Source: Dimorphilus gyrociliatus (Eukaryota > Animalia > Annelida). From it: a stretch of DNA of 50,709 nt. Location: the NCBI GenBank assembly GCA_904063045.1, contig CAJFCJ010000082.1, forward strand, positions 1-50,709, given 5' to 3'. The first letter of the stretch is position 1. Each line of letters opens with the position of its first letter. A program made the position numbers and the translations under genes. The notes beneath the pieces are model-generated. The model saw only the letters and a list, made by a program, of their open reading frames with translations, was not told where the DNA came from and made no database searches. This document shows, piece by piece, positions 12,812 through 26,277 of the stretch.

Positions 12812-12941
12812 TTAGTATTTGTTCAATAGATTTATTGAATAATAAATTATTTGCTGATATTCAAAACAAAGTGGTCGATCGTTTCTTTCTTAAGCGTTTT
12901 ATGTTCAGATATATTGAATGTTCTTTCTAAATAGTTACTGT
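12812..12941. repeat. 130-bp exact duplicate (right arm, copy A) of 42052-42181
   Basis: Base-by-base identity from ttagtatttgttcaataga to aatagttactgt. Confidence 0.95.
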
Positions 12942-13359
12942 TTTATGAGAGATGCAAAATGCCATAATATCAGTACTCATATTGTGTGTATCTTCTAGCT
13001 CCATTTTCTCTATCTTTAAGAAATACACAACCTAACTTTCCTATTTTCCTTCTAACATCACAAGCCATCCAGCAATTTTTTCAGTTTTGATATTAAGAGT
13101 GTAACACATGTTATGTTAACCCTGGCTCAAATGTAGATATGTTGGGTTGGATGATCTCTTATTTCAAATTCAGAATTCAAGAGGAGAGAGAAGTGCATTG
13201 AGCAAGAGAAGGAAAGAGAGAGAAAGATTAATTTCTCCTCTTCAAGTATTAATAATCATCTGGACTGAAGTTGGAGATATTTTCCATTAAAACTAGAAAT
13301 TTCACCTCTGAATTGTCCTAAAAGGAAAATATATAGAATAAACAAATAGTTTTTATTCT

Positions 13360-13522
13360 TCTTCTCTAACCTAACCCTAACCCTTAAGATGGGACCCTCC
13401 TAAGAACATATCAACAGTTATCTTATTCCTCCTAACCATTTCCTAGCCTGAAATCTAACTTTCAAATATTTCATTTATGGCCGTTGTCAACTGGTGGTTA
13501 TTTTGCCCCAATAACCACCCAG
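13360..13522. mobile_element. Short non-autonomous element with CCCTAA motifs and a terminal hairpin (HINE/MITE-like)
   Basis: ctaacctaaccctaaccc at 13366-13383; perfect 10-bp stem ggtggttatt/aataaccacc with a 7-nt loop at 13493-13519. Confidence 0.4.
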
Positions 13523-13623
13523 CAAAGGTTCGTGGTTATAGTAAACAGCAACAAAAAAAATCATGGCATCAATTAGTTATTCCAGTGTGTTTCTTTGTTC
13601 TTAAATAAGAAATAGGTCACGAA

Positions 13624-15210
13624 ATGATGAAATGCGAAGATAAAGTATTGAATTTAAGAGAAGCCGATAAAAATAAAGAAATAGAAGATGGACTATCAAA
13701 AATTTGTATTAGATTTATTGAATTGTCAATTAAAGTCAATTTGAAGATCATAGAATTTAAAAATTGCAATCTTAATGATAAAAAATGTTTTAATATTGGA
13801 AATATGTTGAAAAATTGTTACAATATCGAAAAATTCAGCCTATCTAAGGAGAGGAATACAGGTAAAAGTTTAATGTATATTTGTGATGGACTCGCCCAAT
13901 CGGCTAATACATTAAAATCGCTTAGATTCCCTTTTTGTCATCTAACCGGAAGTCAGTGTAGATATATTGGAAATTTAATAATTCAATGTAAACGAATAGA
14001 AATAGTTGAATTAATAGGAAATGATAAAATGGGAGACGGATTATCAAATATTTGCGCTAGTCTTATCCAATCATCGAATAGTTTGAAATCTCTTAATCTG
14101 AGTTGGTGTGATTTAGACGAGAATCAATGTAGTAGTATTGAAAATTTATTTGAAAATTGTTCCAAAATTGAGATAATCTCTTTTACCGGAAATGATCGGA
14201 TGGGAGATGGATTATCAAATATTTTTATCAAATTGATTAAATCGTGGAAATATTTAAAAAAAATCTATTTATGCAAATGTAAGCTATGGGAAAATCAGTG
14301 TAAAAGCTTGGGAATATTGTTAAGTAGTTGTTCAAATATTCAAAAACTGAATCTCAGTAAAAATGAAAATATGGGAAATGGTATAATGGAGATTTGTAAA
14401 GGTCTCGTCCAATCATCGACCAGTTTAGAAAGATTTATTCTATCCCATTGTAATTTGGATGAAATCCACGCAAAATCAATTGGAAGAATGTTAAAAATGT
14501 GTTCAAAACTAGAGAAAATTTCTCTAATTAGAAACAGTAAACTTGGTGACGAACTATCGGAAATTTGCGAAGGTTTAAATCAGTCGTTGCACACGTTGAA
14601 TAGCTTTCAATTCGGTTCAAGAAAATTGAACGAAATTCAATGCGTCTACATTGAAAATTTATTGAAAAAATGTTATAAAATTAAAAAAATAAAACTAAGC
14701 TATTCGACAAACATGAATAATGGAATTTTAAAAATTTGTAATGGATTAGAACAGTCGTTGAGTACAATTCAAATAATCTGTTTTGTGAATTGTAATTTGA
14801 ATGAAAATCACTGTTCAAGAATTGGATATCTGATAAAGAATTGTCCTAATATTCAGACATTAAATCTAAGTGGTAATAGAAATATGAAGAATGGAATAAT
14901 AGACATTTGCGATGGACTTGTTCAATCGTCAAAAACAATAAAACATATTGATTTTAGTAAATGTAAATTGACTATAGATAATTTTCAAACAATTGGAAAT
15001 ATGCTCAGAGTTTGCTTAAAACTTGAAACAGTTAAATTTCAAAAGAATAGACAAATGAAATACCAGTTTTTACACTTTTTTAATGGACTTTTTCATAATG
15101 GATATAATTTAAAATTTGCTGATTTTAGATTTTGTTTATTAACTTTACGTCAAATTCAAAACATTGAAAATACTTTAAAGAATTATGCAAATTTACAACT
15201 AATCACTTAG
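13624..15210 (+). CDS. Intronless LRR-only protein (RI/NLR-type 57-aa double repeats), 528 aa, no NACHT
   Basis: Open ATG-to-TAG frame with about 9 units such as LKSLNLSWCDLDENQCSSIENLFENCSKIEIISFTGNDRMGDGLSNIF. Same repeat geometry as the NLR at 2663; no P-loop in the ORF. Confidence 0.85.
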   Translation: MMKCEDKVLNLREADKNKEIEDGLSKICIRFIELSIKVNLKIIEFKNCNLNDKKCFNIGNMLKNCYNIEKFSLSKERNTGKSLMYICDGLAQSANTLKSLRFPFCHLTGSQCRYIGNLIIQCKRIEIVELIGNDKMGDGLSNICASLIQSSNSLKSLNLSWCDLDENQCSSIENLFENCSKIEIISFTGNDRMGDGLSNIFIKLIKSWKYLKKIYLCKCKLWENQCKSLGILLSSCSNIQKLNLSKNENMGNGIMEICKGLVQSSTSLERFILSHCNLDEIHAKSIGRMLKMCSKLEKISLIRNSKLGDELSEICEGLNQSLHTLNSFQFGSRKLNEIQCVYIENLLKKCYKIKKIKLSYSTNMNNGILKICNGLEQSLSTIQIICFVNCNLNENHCSRIGYLIKNCPNIQTLNLSGNRNMKNGIIDICDGLVQSSKTIKHIDFSKCKLTIDNFQTIGNMLRVCLKLETVKFQKNRQMKYQFLHFFNGLFHNGYNLKFADFRFCLLTLRQIQNIENTLKNYANLQLIT

Positions 15211-15737
15211 GCCTCTAAATGTCTCGTCTATTGGATACGATCTTAAAACGAGGTTGTAGTAGAAAGTTTTGCTGTGTTTCCTTTGTAGTAGCTTCTTTAT
15301 AAATGTACCTATTGAAACAATGTCCTCTTTTTCATTGACTTCCGTTTTATAGTAAATATTTCTAATGTTTAAAATATATTTCTGTGTAGGAAGCTTGTAA
15401 ATAAAAAAAGAGAAGAAAAAGAGAATTTTTTTTATAGGCTTATGCAAGCAAATATCTATTATTATAACTTTACTTCTATACAAAGGCTATTTATTGAAAA
15501 TTGCCCTTTGAATGAAAAATTTTGTGAATGAGTCATCATTATTCCAGTTGTTACACTTTTAATAGTTTTCAGCATTTCATTTCCACTGAGGAATATATTG
15601 GATAGTTTCACTTTCTTGTATGATAAGGGTAAAGTCACATTTCCCAGATTATAGTTTGTTAAATTACAATAAAACAGAGATGCTATACAAAAAAATTGAT
15701 TAGTTTGTCATTAGTTTATCCTAACCATAACTTTTCA

Positions 15738-15926
15738 GAGTATGGAAGAAAACGTCCCAATTTTTTTGATATTTTTGCCCTAACCCTAACCCTAACCCCC
15801 AACAAGATTCTTTCCACTTTTCTTCCTAATCTTCAGTTCATCAATTGTAAAATATTAAAGTAAAAATCTTCCTAGAAATTTTCAAAATCTTACCCTAACC
15901 CTACTGAACCGTTTTCTTCCAATCTC
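15738..15926. mobile_element. MITE-like element with about 17-bp inverted repeats and internal CCCTAA repeats
   Basis: gagtatggaagaaaacg (15738-15754) and cgttttcttccaatctc (15910-15926) are inverted; ccctaaccctaaccctaaccc lies inside at 15778. Confidence 0.55.
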
Positions 15927-16019
15927 AACTTTTTATACCTTTAACAAAGCTTTTATCCCTGATCTCTTCATCTCTACAATGTCTATACCATACAGATAAG
16001 ATAAGAATTCATTGATTAA

Positions 16020-19000
16020 CTAAAAAGAACTATACAACCTTCTCTCTCTAAACTTTTTCTTATAACTGAAATATTCATTAATCACAAACAGAAACGGATT
16101 TAAAATTGAATTTAACGGCAACAAAAGCGAAATGATCAAACTCATTTGACGATTACTCATTTCAATATCATAGAAGAGAGATGATATTCCTTTATAAAGA
16201 AAAAACAATTGCAAAATATCTTTTTGTTTTGTTTTGTTTTGATTTTTTTTACCTAAAATCGAAAAAACTATCCAAACAGTAACATTTGAAACTGTAATAA
16301 GTACAATACTAGTTTTTAACTTTTTCCCTTTATCGCTCTTTTGGCGATTGTTTAATATTTTAAATGATATTCTAATAGTTCTCGTAATATTTATATATAA
16401 AAGACCAATAATTAAACTTATACATGGTGAAAATATACTGAAAAGTGTGAACGATACTATCCAATCACTCGCTCTTTCTTTCCTCATATGAACATAAAAA
16501 CAGATTGGAGTATGATTGTAAATTATCTACAGGTGAAGGTGATGAGTTAATCCGTTAATCCTCCTAATTCGCTTACTAACCGGATTATAGGCTAATGGGA
16601 TTACCGATAGAATCAGGCAAAAGATTATTGCTGAAGGAATAAGGACAATGGCGTATTTTTGAAAAATTGATTTGTCAAATGGGCTAACAACAGCCTGGTG
16701 TCTCTCCAATGTAATGAGTAGTGTACTAATAGATGATAATACCAGTGAAAATGTCATAAATGTACCTAACATTTGGCAAAGTGAGCCGTTTCTCCAAGTG
16801 TCGTCATTCTCCAGATAGGAATTTGAAAAGTACATATCCACAATACCAATGATAAGAATATAGAGAGATATGCAAGAATCGCCAAATCTCATTAGTAATT
16901 GATAATATTTAAGCTCTTTAGAAAATTTGATATTGATAATAAATGATAACAGATTTCCAAATACACCAACAATTCCAAAAAACCAAAAGATAAATCTTAT
17001 CAAATTTGAACTTAGTAATCTATCGCAATTGAAAAATGCTTGTACAGATGGCGAACAGTCAACGTGTTTTCCAATAGTCTTCCATACTAGACAGCAAAAC
17101 TGGAATTTATCCCCAAAAATCCTCTTAATCCTTACTAAACCTACTAGACTATTCCTTAATTGTAATAATACAATATAAGATTTGTTTATGTAAAGATATT
17201 CAAGATTATTTAAATATTTAAATGATTGCACTTCAATGATTTGTATTTTACATTTAGAAATTTTGAAAGTGTTCAAGCGTTTCAAACTTTTGAAATAACT
17301 CTTTCTAATAATTGTTATATTTGTATAGGAAATGTCCAAATATCTTAAATTTCTACTAGAATTCATGTATTGTAGACCAACAATGTAATTGTGAGATATG
17401 TCAAGGTATTGTAAAAGGGTCAAGGACGAATTCAAACTGATAGCATTTTCCTCTGTACTTGCATTGCGAAGTGTTAAATTGAGTAGATTTGGGAAAAAGT
17501 TTAAAGAGAAATGAGAAGGATTTTCATCATTTTCAATATGCAAAGAGAACAAATGAATTGCTGTAGAGTTGTAACCAATTGGCATTGCGCCAAAAATTGT
17601 TATTTTCTTGAAAATACTTAAATAATTCATAGGCTTTTTAACAATTAAATTTGCGGTAAATTTGCAGTAAATTTCATCAATCGAAATAACATTACAATAT
17701 TCGTAATCATTCGTAATTTGGCTTAATGAACAGAGAAGTTCATCACTTCCCCAATTGCAGTCAACAATACCATTGCAAACATTTGTTACGGGGATAAAAC
17801 GATTTTGATTTCTGCATTTGAAATGTTGTTTTGGTAAGAAATTTTCTAAATGAAAAATGATTATAGATGATAAATTCTCTCTCTCTCTCTTTACAAACCG
17901 CAGTCACTCTCATCATCACCAAAGTAACAGTCACGAATACCGTCGCATATCTGTTGAATTAAAATGCAATAGTTTTCTCTATAACAAAGGTATTGGCTTG
18001 AAGGACAAGTTGTCCTAATACAAGAGGAATTTATCAAGAATAAATCAGTCAATGGAAGATTTAACGAGGTTTTATGAAAATAGCAAGAGCTCTTATTAGG
18101 CTGAAACGCTTTCCTCACTTCGCTTTCCTCATTTTGACAGTCAACTTTTCCATCATCCTTGGTTTGAATGGGTAAACATATATCGCGACATTTAAATTGA
18201 AAATTGCTGTTGCAACCTATAAATATAAACTTTTGGATTAGGATTATCTCGTCCTTACTCATCTCCATAACCTGTTTGATATTTTTTTAATAAAGATCCC
18301 CTTTGAAGACAAATTTCATCACTTTCGTCAAAACAATTTTTCTCATTATCGCATATTTTATAAGAATTGACGCATTGTTTGTTTTTACACTCTCTATATG
18401 TAAGAGAGAAAAAGGAGTGAGTAGTTTTAAAAATATAAACTGGTAATAAAAAACAGGTGAACTAACGTAAAATTTCCAAAACAGTCTTCTCTCTCTGCAG
18501 ATAGATAGATTTTCATTTGTTTAAACAGATGATATATATATTTGAAAACTACTCAACTGCAATAATACTCGTCAGAATTATCCGAACAGTCTTGTTGAAA
18601 ATTACAAACTTTCAAATAGTTGATTGATTGATTTATATTGAAACATTGAAAATTAAATATATTTTTCGAATTGCATTCTTCTTCATCCTCGTTCGTTACG
18701 CAATCGTTAACTCCATCACAAACGTACGCCATATTCACATAAATACGACTTTTATAACAAAAATACAAGTTTGAATGCTTGCTTGAATTTTTTAAATGAA
18801 CAATTTCCAAATTGTAATTGATTTTAATGTCTAAAAAAGAAGAAACAAATTTTTTTTTAGTTTTAATTTTCATATTTTTCCTTTTTGTTAATTTTTTTTT
18901 ACAAACTTTGAAATTTTTGACAAACAACAAAATAGTTGAATATTTTAAAACAATTTATAATTTTATGTTTTAAATTTTGATAGAAATTCTGTCTGGAAAA

Positions 19001-21657
19001 AACAGAAAAAAGATTTGAATTATTAGCTTTCTACGCCAACCACTCCACCCCCTCCACCCCTGGCTTGGGGGAATTGAAACAATTCAATAACTTACGCTTT
19101 TATCATAATCTCTTCTCTACTATATTTTGTTGCCAGGGAGGCGTAATAACCGTATAAATCATAATCAGACTGCAAAAAATTCCATTGAATAATATTAATA
19201 GGCCTATACTAAATGAAAGAGATTGTTCCTGACCGGATATTCGATTAGTAGGCATTTAGTTTCGCCAATTTTTGCGGTATCGTCATATTTTGTTAGTGAG
19301 TATTGTTGAGAATTGATGGTTTTAAAAATTTCAAGTTTCTTTGGCATAAAAGAAAGGAAGAGAAAGGAATATATTCAAGTGAAGAGAAGAGAGCTATAGC
19401 CTTAACACTTACATTCGTATTTATGTATAATGGTAAATTGGCACTTGTTCCACTAGTTGTTACATAAATTACTCTTCCTTTGAAGATTTTCATATTGAAA
19501 TTGACTGTTTTTTTTACCAATGGTATACCAGTTTTCATTAAATATATAATATAGTTTGTCTTTTGCATTAAACTTACCAACGAATGGTAGGAATATGTCG
19601 ATTTGTTTATCGAATTCCTTTATAAGTGAGGAGTTTAAAGACGCTTCTAAAACCTTTAGAACAAAAGCTTTCTTAATTGTTGGATAATCTGCTATAGTAA
19701 GATTTCTTTGTCGGCAAAATGATTCAATACCAATTGGACTTAATTTATAACTGTTATAGAAGATATAATAGCAAACATCGTATATAATTAATACATTTTC
19801 GCCTGAACATTCGTGTTGTTGTTTTTTAAAAAAAAAACTTTTTGAATTGTTTGAACATTGAATAAAATATTTAAAAAACATCCTTTCCTCCATATCTAAT
19901 TGTAGTATTTCCCTACAAAGACAAACATTTTAATATGCTACAACTATTCGTAACCTTGAACTTTGAATTATTTAACTCGTTAATAGAATAACAGTCGTAG
20001 AGCGTCTCCGCCTCGTTGCCGCATTGGAATGTTCTATAAGAGGCCCTTGACTTTGCTTCCCTGGCTCCAAAAAATCTATCAAATCTAAAAGCGTCCTCTT
20101 CTATTAACGTTCCGTATTGAAAATTGAATGACGAGCATATAAATTGCGTTTCGTGAAAGTATAAGAATCTAAAATCAGTCCAATTTGAGTAGTGTTTAAT
20201 CTGAAATCTTCCGGCAAACAATTGATAAGAGTGCTGAACGCCGTAATTTAAAATTACGCTATCGTTGGCAAATAATCTAAAAGCTATTAACGATTAACAT
20301 ATCACGTGACCAATTATATATCTGCTTGAATTCTATTATTATTAATAAATACAAACACATTTTAGGCTTATGACAAACTGGTTGAATGATAAATAAACTC
20401 CTGTTATCATTCGAGTAAGAAATTTCGCAATTTTTCAATTTATTATCAGCGAAATCACAGTTTTTCAAATATGGCATTATTCCTGTTTTCTATATTTAAA
20501 AATTTAAAATATGACAAACAAATAAACATGTAAACAAACCTCTTTATCGTATTTATGTATAGGGCAACCACTTTCATTAGATTGTAATATGAATTGTTGG
20601 CAGATGCTTGAACAATAGGCATTATGTTTATTGGAGTCATCATTGAGTAATAACAACGCTCCGTAGGTCTTTGACTCTATATAATACTGTACAGGAGACG
20701 CCGTAAGGAATGATAAGAAATAGCGAACCAAACTATTCGCTTCTTTAATGTTTTTAATTGAAAAATCTAGAGAGACGGTGATAATTTCAAAAAGTTTTTC
20801 TCATTTAGATAATCGAACATAAAGAACCTTGCAAATCGTAATAAGTACAAATGATTGGTTCGCCTATAAGTTGACCCGTTCTAATAAAGGTGTAACTCAA
20901 AATGCCATTATAAATCAACCCTCCTTCCGGTGATAATTTCCGTTCAAGTTCTATTGGATATTGTACGATAAAGTTGTAAAGTCTGCAGATTTTCTGTACT
21001 GGAACTTGAAAGGCGGTAACGTTGTAGTAGACTTCCTTTAGTTTAAAATATAATTTATAAACATTGTCTTTTAATTTAATGGCAAACATTGCTGGAAAAA
21101 AAAAGTGGTTTTTTTTTTGAATGAATGAATGAATGAATTAATTAACAAACGCAAAAGATAATGAAATTAGAAATTCTTATACTTTCATTTAGGCAATTTA
21201 AATACAATCCATCAACTGAGTTGGAATTGTTATAGATTCTTCTGAAAGAACTAAATTCTTAGTTTCACCTTGTTTTTTGTCTTACAATCGCTATTGTTTT
21301 TTTGACATACTTGTAGGAACAGCATGATTTTTCACCCTTGTACACTATTTCAAGGATATTCGCTCTACGATCGTTTATCTTCCAACGGTAAGATAGGGAA
21401 TGCATTGAATTGACACCGGCCATATTACACAACTTAGTAAGCCAGATAGTTGGAATATTACTCTTATACAATACTAGAAAAATTGTTGTATTCCCTCCAA
21501 AACTGGCTTTTAAAATTCCTTCATTCTTTGGATTTTTATTACTTGTACGTAATAGAGAAAACGTAATATTTGACGTTCTTTCTTCACTATTCAATTGATA
21601 AAATTGATTATAAATTACCAATAAAATAATGAACCAATTGAAAATTGGATAAACCAT
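16020..21657 (-). CDS. GRL101-like LGR receptor 1: signal peptide, SRCR-like and C-type-lectin-like modules, LDLa repeats, LRRs, 7TM (multi-exon)
   Basis: ATG at 21657 (MVYPIFNWFIILLVI). LDLa motifs VCDGVNDCVTNEDEEEC, ICDGIRDCYFGDDESDC and VCNGIVDCNWGSDELLC; LRRs LQYLDISHN and LRYLDISYT; hinge FGDKFQFCC...FFNCDRLL; TM1 GVFGN; TM3 ITLERH; TM7 LPLNSILNPFLF; stop at 16020. Not every exon junction was resolved. Confidence 0.85.
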
Positions 21658-22740
21658 GACAAATGTTACAATAAACAATTTTTGACAGCAAAAGAAGAAT
21701 AAAAGAAAATAAAGTGTGCAATATTTTAATTAGATTAATTGTTTTATTTTTTATTTTCGCATAGGCCTATCGTCGTTTCAAAAAAGTAAGAAATCATATA
21801 TGAAGTTTAAGGTTTTCATTACCATTTTACTTTAACTTAATTTAATTTTCTTTTTTTTTTTATTTTCTACTTTTATCTCATAAGACGTGATTTTTAAAAT
21901 GTAATACTTCAATAGGCCTAGATTTACTGCTGAGGTAGGTTATTGACCTAAATATTTTATAACTAAAAAATTATCATTTTCACATCAAATTCAGCCTAAC
22001 ACAATTTTCAATCGCAAAACTCTATTACAATTATATTATATAAAAAAAAAACAATTATTGTCACGTGACACTGTGTCGTGTTTTTTTCAACATTTTTTTA
22101 GCAATCAAATTATTATTTCATCTATATTTACACTTGTTAAATAGTAGAAATTCTGAATTTTTATGGACACTGTAAAATTAATATTTTTAGGAATAACTTT
22201 TGAAATGCTAACGGTAATTTTGTCATTACGCAGAGTAATTTTATCGTAACGATGTCAAAATCCATTAATTTAAATAACAACCCATTTGTTGGATTAGGAA
22301 AATTGATTGATTGATTGATTTTGTTTCATTGCTTATTAAATACAAACAAATTTAAACTTTACTATCATTATCTTTACATAGAATACAAATTGACTTTTCT
22401 TGAAATTACGTAATAATATTCTTATTTGATGCCATTTTTCTAAAACTTGAAACAACTTTCTTATTAATTTAAGCTGATTTTCAAAAATTTTTTCATTCTA
22501 TTATCAGAAATTTTATAATAATAGCTTAGCTCTTCACAATTCTCTTCAAAGAACATGCCTTCGTTAATCGATTTATTAAGTAGATTTAACACTGCAAAAA
22601 AATGTTTTCTACCGTTAAAATATCAATCGCAATTTTGAAAATTCAATGATTTTTTATTATTACTGACAATTCTGTTTAAAATCTTGAATTATAGCATTTT
22701 GAATTGATTTTCTATATTTAAAAACTAAACATTTGGCTTG

Positions 22741-25700
22741 TTAATTATGAAGAATTTTTGAAAGTTGAATCATATAAATGTACTGTTTTTCTCTCTGCTT
22801 CCTATCTACATGACCCAAATGAATAAATGGATTCAACAGTGGATTTACGGGTAAAAACATTACAAACAACCAGCTAGGTTGCTAGGAAACCTGAAAAAAT
22901 TGAATTTAATTGCATAGGCCTAGAAGAATAAATGCTCCTACCAATGAGTGATAAGGGAATCCATGAGAAAATATTTGACAGTATTATAACTGTGGCTATT
23001 TTTATCATTGTATTTCTTCTTTTCTCCTAACTCTCTTTCGTAAGGATTATACTTGAACTGTTCACTTGCCAAATAATTCTTCCGTAGAGGACAAGAATTA
23101 CTGTACATATTACAAAGGAAAATATTGAAAACAATAGAAAGGAATATTCCCAACCGGAAACTCTCTCATTAGTTAAATGTAACGAGAAGCAGAGTGAATA
23201 TCTCGAATAGTAATTCTGAAATGGCAGAGTTTAGCAAGAAAAAAAATTATTATTCAAGCAACTTGAATAAACATTGTTTTACATTATAAATAAAATATGG
23301 CAATATTGAAAGACAAATTGAGACTAGAAATGCAGTTGAAAGAATTGCAGACGTTTTAAAAAGCGTTAAATTTTGAAATTTTAAACCAGCTGTAACTATA
23401 TAATATTTTTCAACAGTCATTAGAAACAAACTAAAAATTGATAATAAACACGCCGTGTTTGCTAAAATACCAGAAAATAGGCATAGATTACTATTTCTCC
23501 ATTTAAAATCATTGTCTATATAATGTTTCAAATATTCAATATCTTTTATAGATATTACGACAAAATAGCTACAAAGCATCATATCTGAAATTGTTAGTGA
23601 CAAACTAAAAAGGTGTGAAGGCCTATTTAAATTTTTAATTTTTACAATCAAACAACAAATATTGAATAGTAACGCAAAAAAAGGTTATTGAGTAAAGGAA
23701 AACTGCAAATTTTCCATTCGTTACATTCAATTTTGTTACTGCAAAGTTTGTATCCTTTATTAAGAAGCTATTAAGAGATTTGAATACTGCAAAATTTGAT
23801 AGAGAAATCTTTTTCCAACTTTCATTAGAACGGTATTGAAAATTGTTTATTTCCGACAAACAAATCAGACTGATGTATCTTTCGCAAGTGCAGTTTATTG
23901 GACAATTAAATTTAGATCTCTGCGCATTTGGGTCGTCCTTATCCTTGCAAAGAGTATAAGGTTCTGTTAGCCAAAATCTCATAGGAAGGAATTTATTTGA
24001 CCTCCTCTATATTAATGTTAATTGATAGATTATTCCATAGGACAAAAAGCGTTTTCCCTACTATTTGCGCATCCTTCTGAAATTGAATGAGATTGAGAGA
24101 AAAAGTGTCAAAGAGATTCTCTTGTCACATTTTCTCCAACATTTTAAAAAATACTTTTCATTTTCAATACATTTTCTTCTATCTGTCTATTGAATTGAAT
24201 TGAAAAAAAGAACAACTTGAACAAACACAAACATAATTCTACAGACCGCAATCAATTTCGTCATTTCCATCGTTACAATCTACCGCAAAATCGCAAACAA
24301 ACCTGATTTCAATCCTGTGAGTATTGTCGGAACAATAGAAGAAATCTTGGTGAGAATATGTACAATTCAATTCGTCAGTTTTATCAAATAAGCATTGGAA
24401 TGCTCCCGCAAAATCTTCTTCTTTGCTGTTGCTTATATAGAAGAGTTTTGTTTCATTTTCCTTCTCTTTACTCAATATTTCAACTTTTCTTTCGTAAATT
24501 ATATATTTAAATATTGCGCTTGAACATTTGCCGTTAAAGAATCCGTAGTAATTGAAATGCGTATATTTCGTCATGTAGGCGCATTCATTTGGAATTTTAC
24601 AAGGAACCCTACAAAAAAAAACAGAGAAAGTAAAAAAATATCTGTGTGTATCTGTTTTTGTTTTCAGAAAATTTTGCAGTTGTTGTAGTGTCAACAACTG
24701 CAAAATTGTTGTGATTTTTAGATTCATAAGCATATTATCCGTATTTAGATAATCCTTTATGGTTTGATTATAATAATATCCTATTGGGATTGTTGTTTTT
24801 CTTAAAGAAATATTTAAATTGTTGAATAGGCTCGAGTTGATTTTCAATTCGTATGAATTTATTATTGAATCGATAAACATCGCTTCGTCTTGGTGTGATA
24901 TATCAACCAAGTACTTTTTAGCGTCTCGTCCAATGTCGTCATAGGATAATAGATTTGCAGAAGTGCAAAGGAAATAGCAACTGTTCATGTAAATATAGAC
25001 ATTACTCGAGCAGTTATTCACAATGTTTGAACAGTCTTACAGGTGGAAAGAAAATGGAGAAATGAATATAATAATAAGATTAACGCAAAGTTATTCAATT
25101 ATTTATTATCTAATTGAGTAGTTGTAGCATGTAAGAGAAATATCGGATACGTAGAATCTGTTTAACCATATCTCTTCGAAACGATCCACTTGGCATTCTT
25201 CCAATTTTTTTATACCTTTTCTATTACAATTAATAATAAACTTTTTCATACTATTTCCCCAACTTTCCTCGAAAATGTCAATAGTTCCACTTTGATATCC
25301 AAAATATTGACAAGTTAATTGTACTTGATGAAAATTGAAATTGAAATTTGAAATATAATAAATGACGTCATGTAAAATTGCTACCAGTTTTCCGCTAATT
25401 GAATTTTTATTTTCAGTTGGATTTTTCTCTTTCTCTTCTCTTTCAAGTTTCAATTTGAAATCTACAACGGAAAGAAAGTAATTTTTAAAAACAAACAAAC
25501 AAACAAAAACGAGTAATTAATACCAGTTAATTTTGGAGATTTTGAATTGGCATTGGCAACACTTTTAACGCATTTCAATCCAATTATTTTCTCGTATTAT
25601 TCTGAGAACAGGACTTGCGTTCTTTTGACTGAATTGTCTTTGACTCAAAATAACATTTAATTGCTTTGCATTCTCCAATAATTAAGTCTGTATTTTGGGA

Positions 25701-26277
25701 TTTTAAATATATTTAAAGACCCAAAAAAAAATTCACCAAAAATAGAAAACAATAGTTTACTTTCACTCCATTCATCTTTAAAGTTTAAACAATCTCTAAA
25801 ATCATTTTTAAATAATTTCTTATCAACGCAAGATCTTTGGGCGATAATGTAAGTTTTTATTGGACTATTTTACCTTTTTTATTTTTCCCTATGATTTTTA
25901 CCTTTCAGTTTTTGAACAGGTTTTGAAATCTTTAAAATAAAATTATTTTCTATTAGAAAGTAGGCCTAGACAAGACAATAATACGAAATTCTATCAAAGT
26001 ATTGAATTTGCTTATGACAGAAATTTTCGTCCGATCCATCGAAACAATCTTCAACGTAATCGCACACCAAATGAGATTGAATGAATTGAGTTGAATTGCT
26101 ACATTTAAATGTTGAAATATGATGACAATTTCTTTCATCGTAACCGTCGCTACAGTCATTAAATCCTTCGCAAACGGTCCTTTTATGTATGCAAATTGAG
26201 TTGAAATGACAAAAAAATCCATTATTTTGGCATTTTTCCAATTTTGGAATTTCCAGAATCAATGATTCTAAATTCAT
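22741..26277 (-). pseudogene. GRL101-like LGR receptor 2 (LDLa, SRCR-like, C-type lectin-like, LDLa, truncated LRR, 7TM), disabled
   Basis: LDLa TVCEGFNDCSDGYDERNC, LVCDYVEDCFDGSDENFC and FVCDFAVDCNDGNDEIDC; LRRNT CPINCTC; TM2 LSLTISD; TM3 LMTVEKY; TM6 ILSNIFSWIPLSLIG; TM7 FLPVNPLLNPFIH. Lesions: most of the LRR/hinge missing, +1 T in a T7 run near 23680, in-frame TAG at 23027-23029, and a frame break near 22880. Confidence 0.8.

Noticed and set aside
13366-15900. CCCTAA runs as a telomere or chromosome-fusion scar
   Set aside because: Only 2-3 units occur at each site, always inside short inverted-repeat elements.
19453-19455. Premature TAG in the lectin-like exon of LGR copy 1 (LCNN*WNKC)
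   Set aside because: Ambiguous. A GTAAGT donor near 19575 and an acceptor near 19505 switch to a stop-free frame whose phase fits the next exon, so I do not call the gene disabled.
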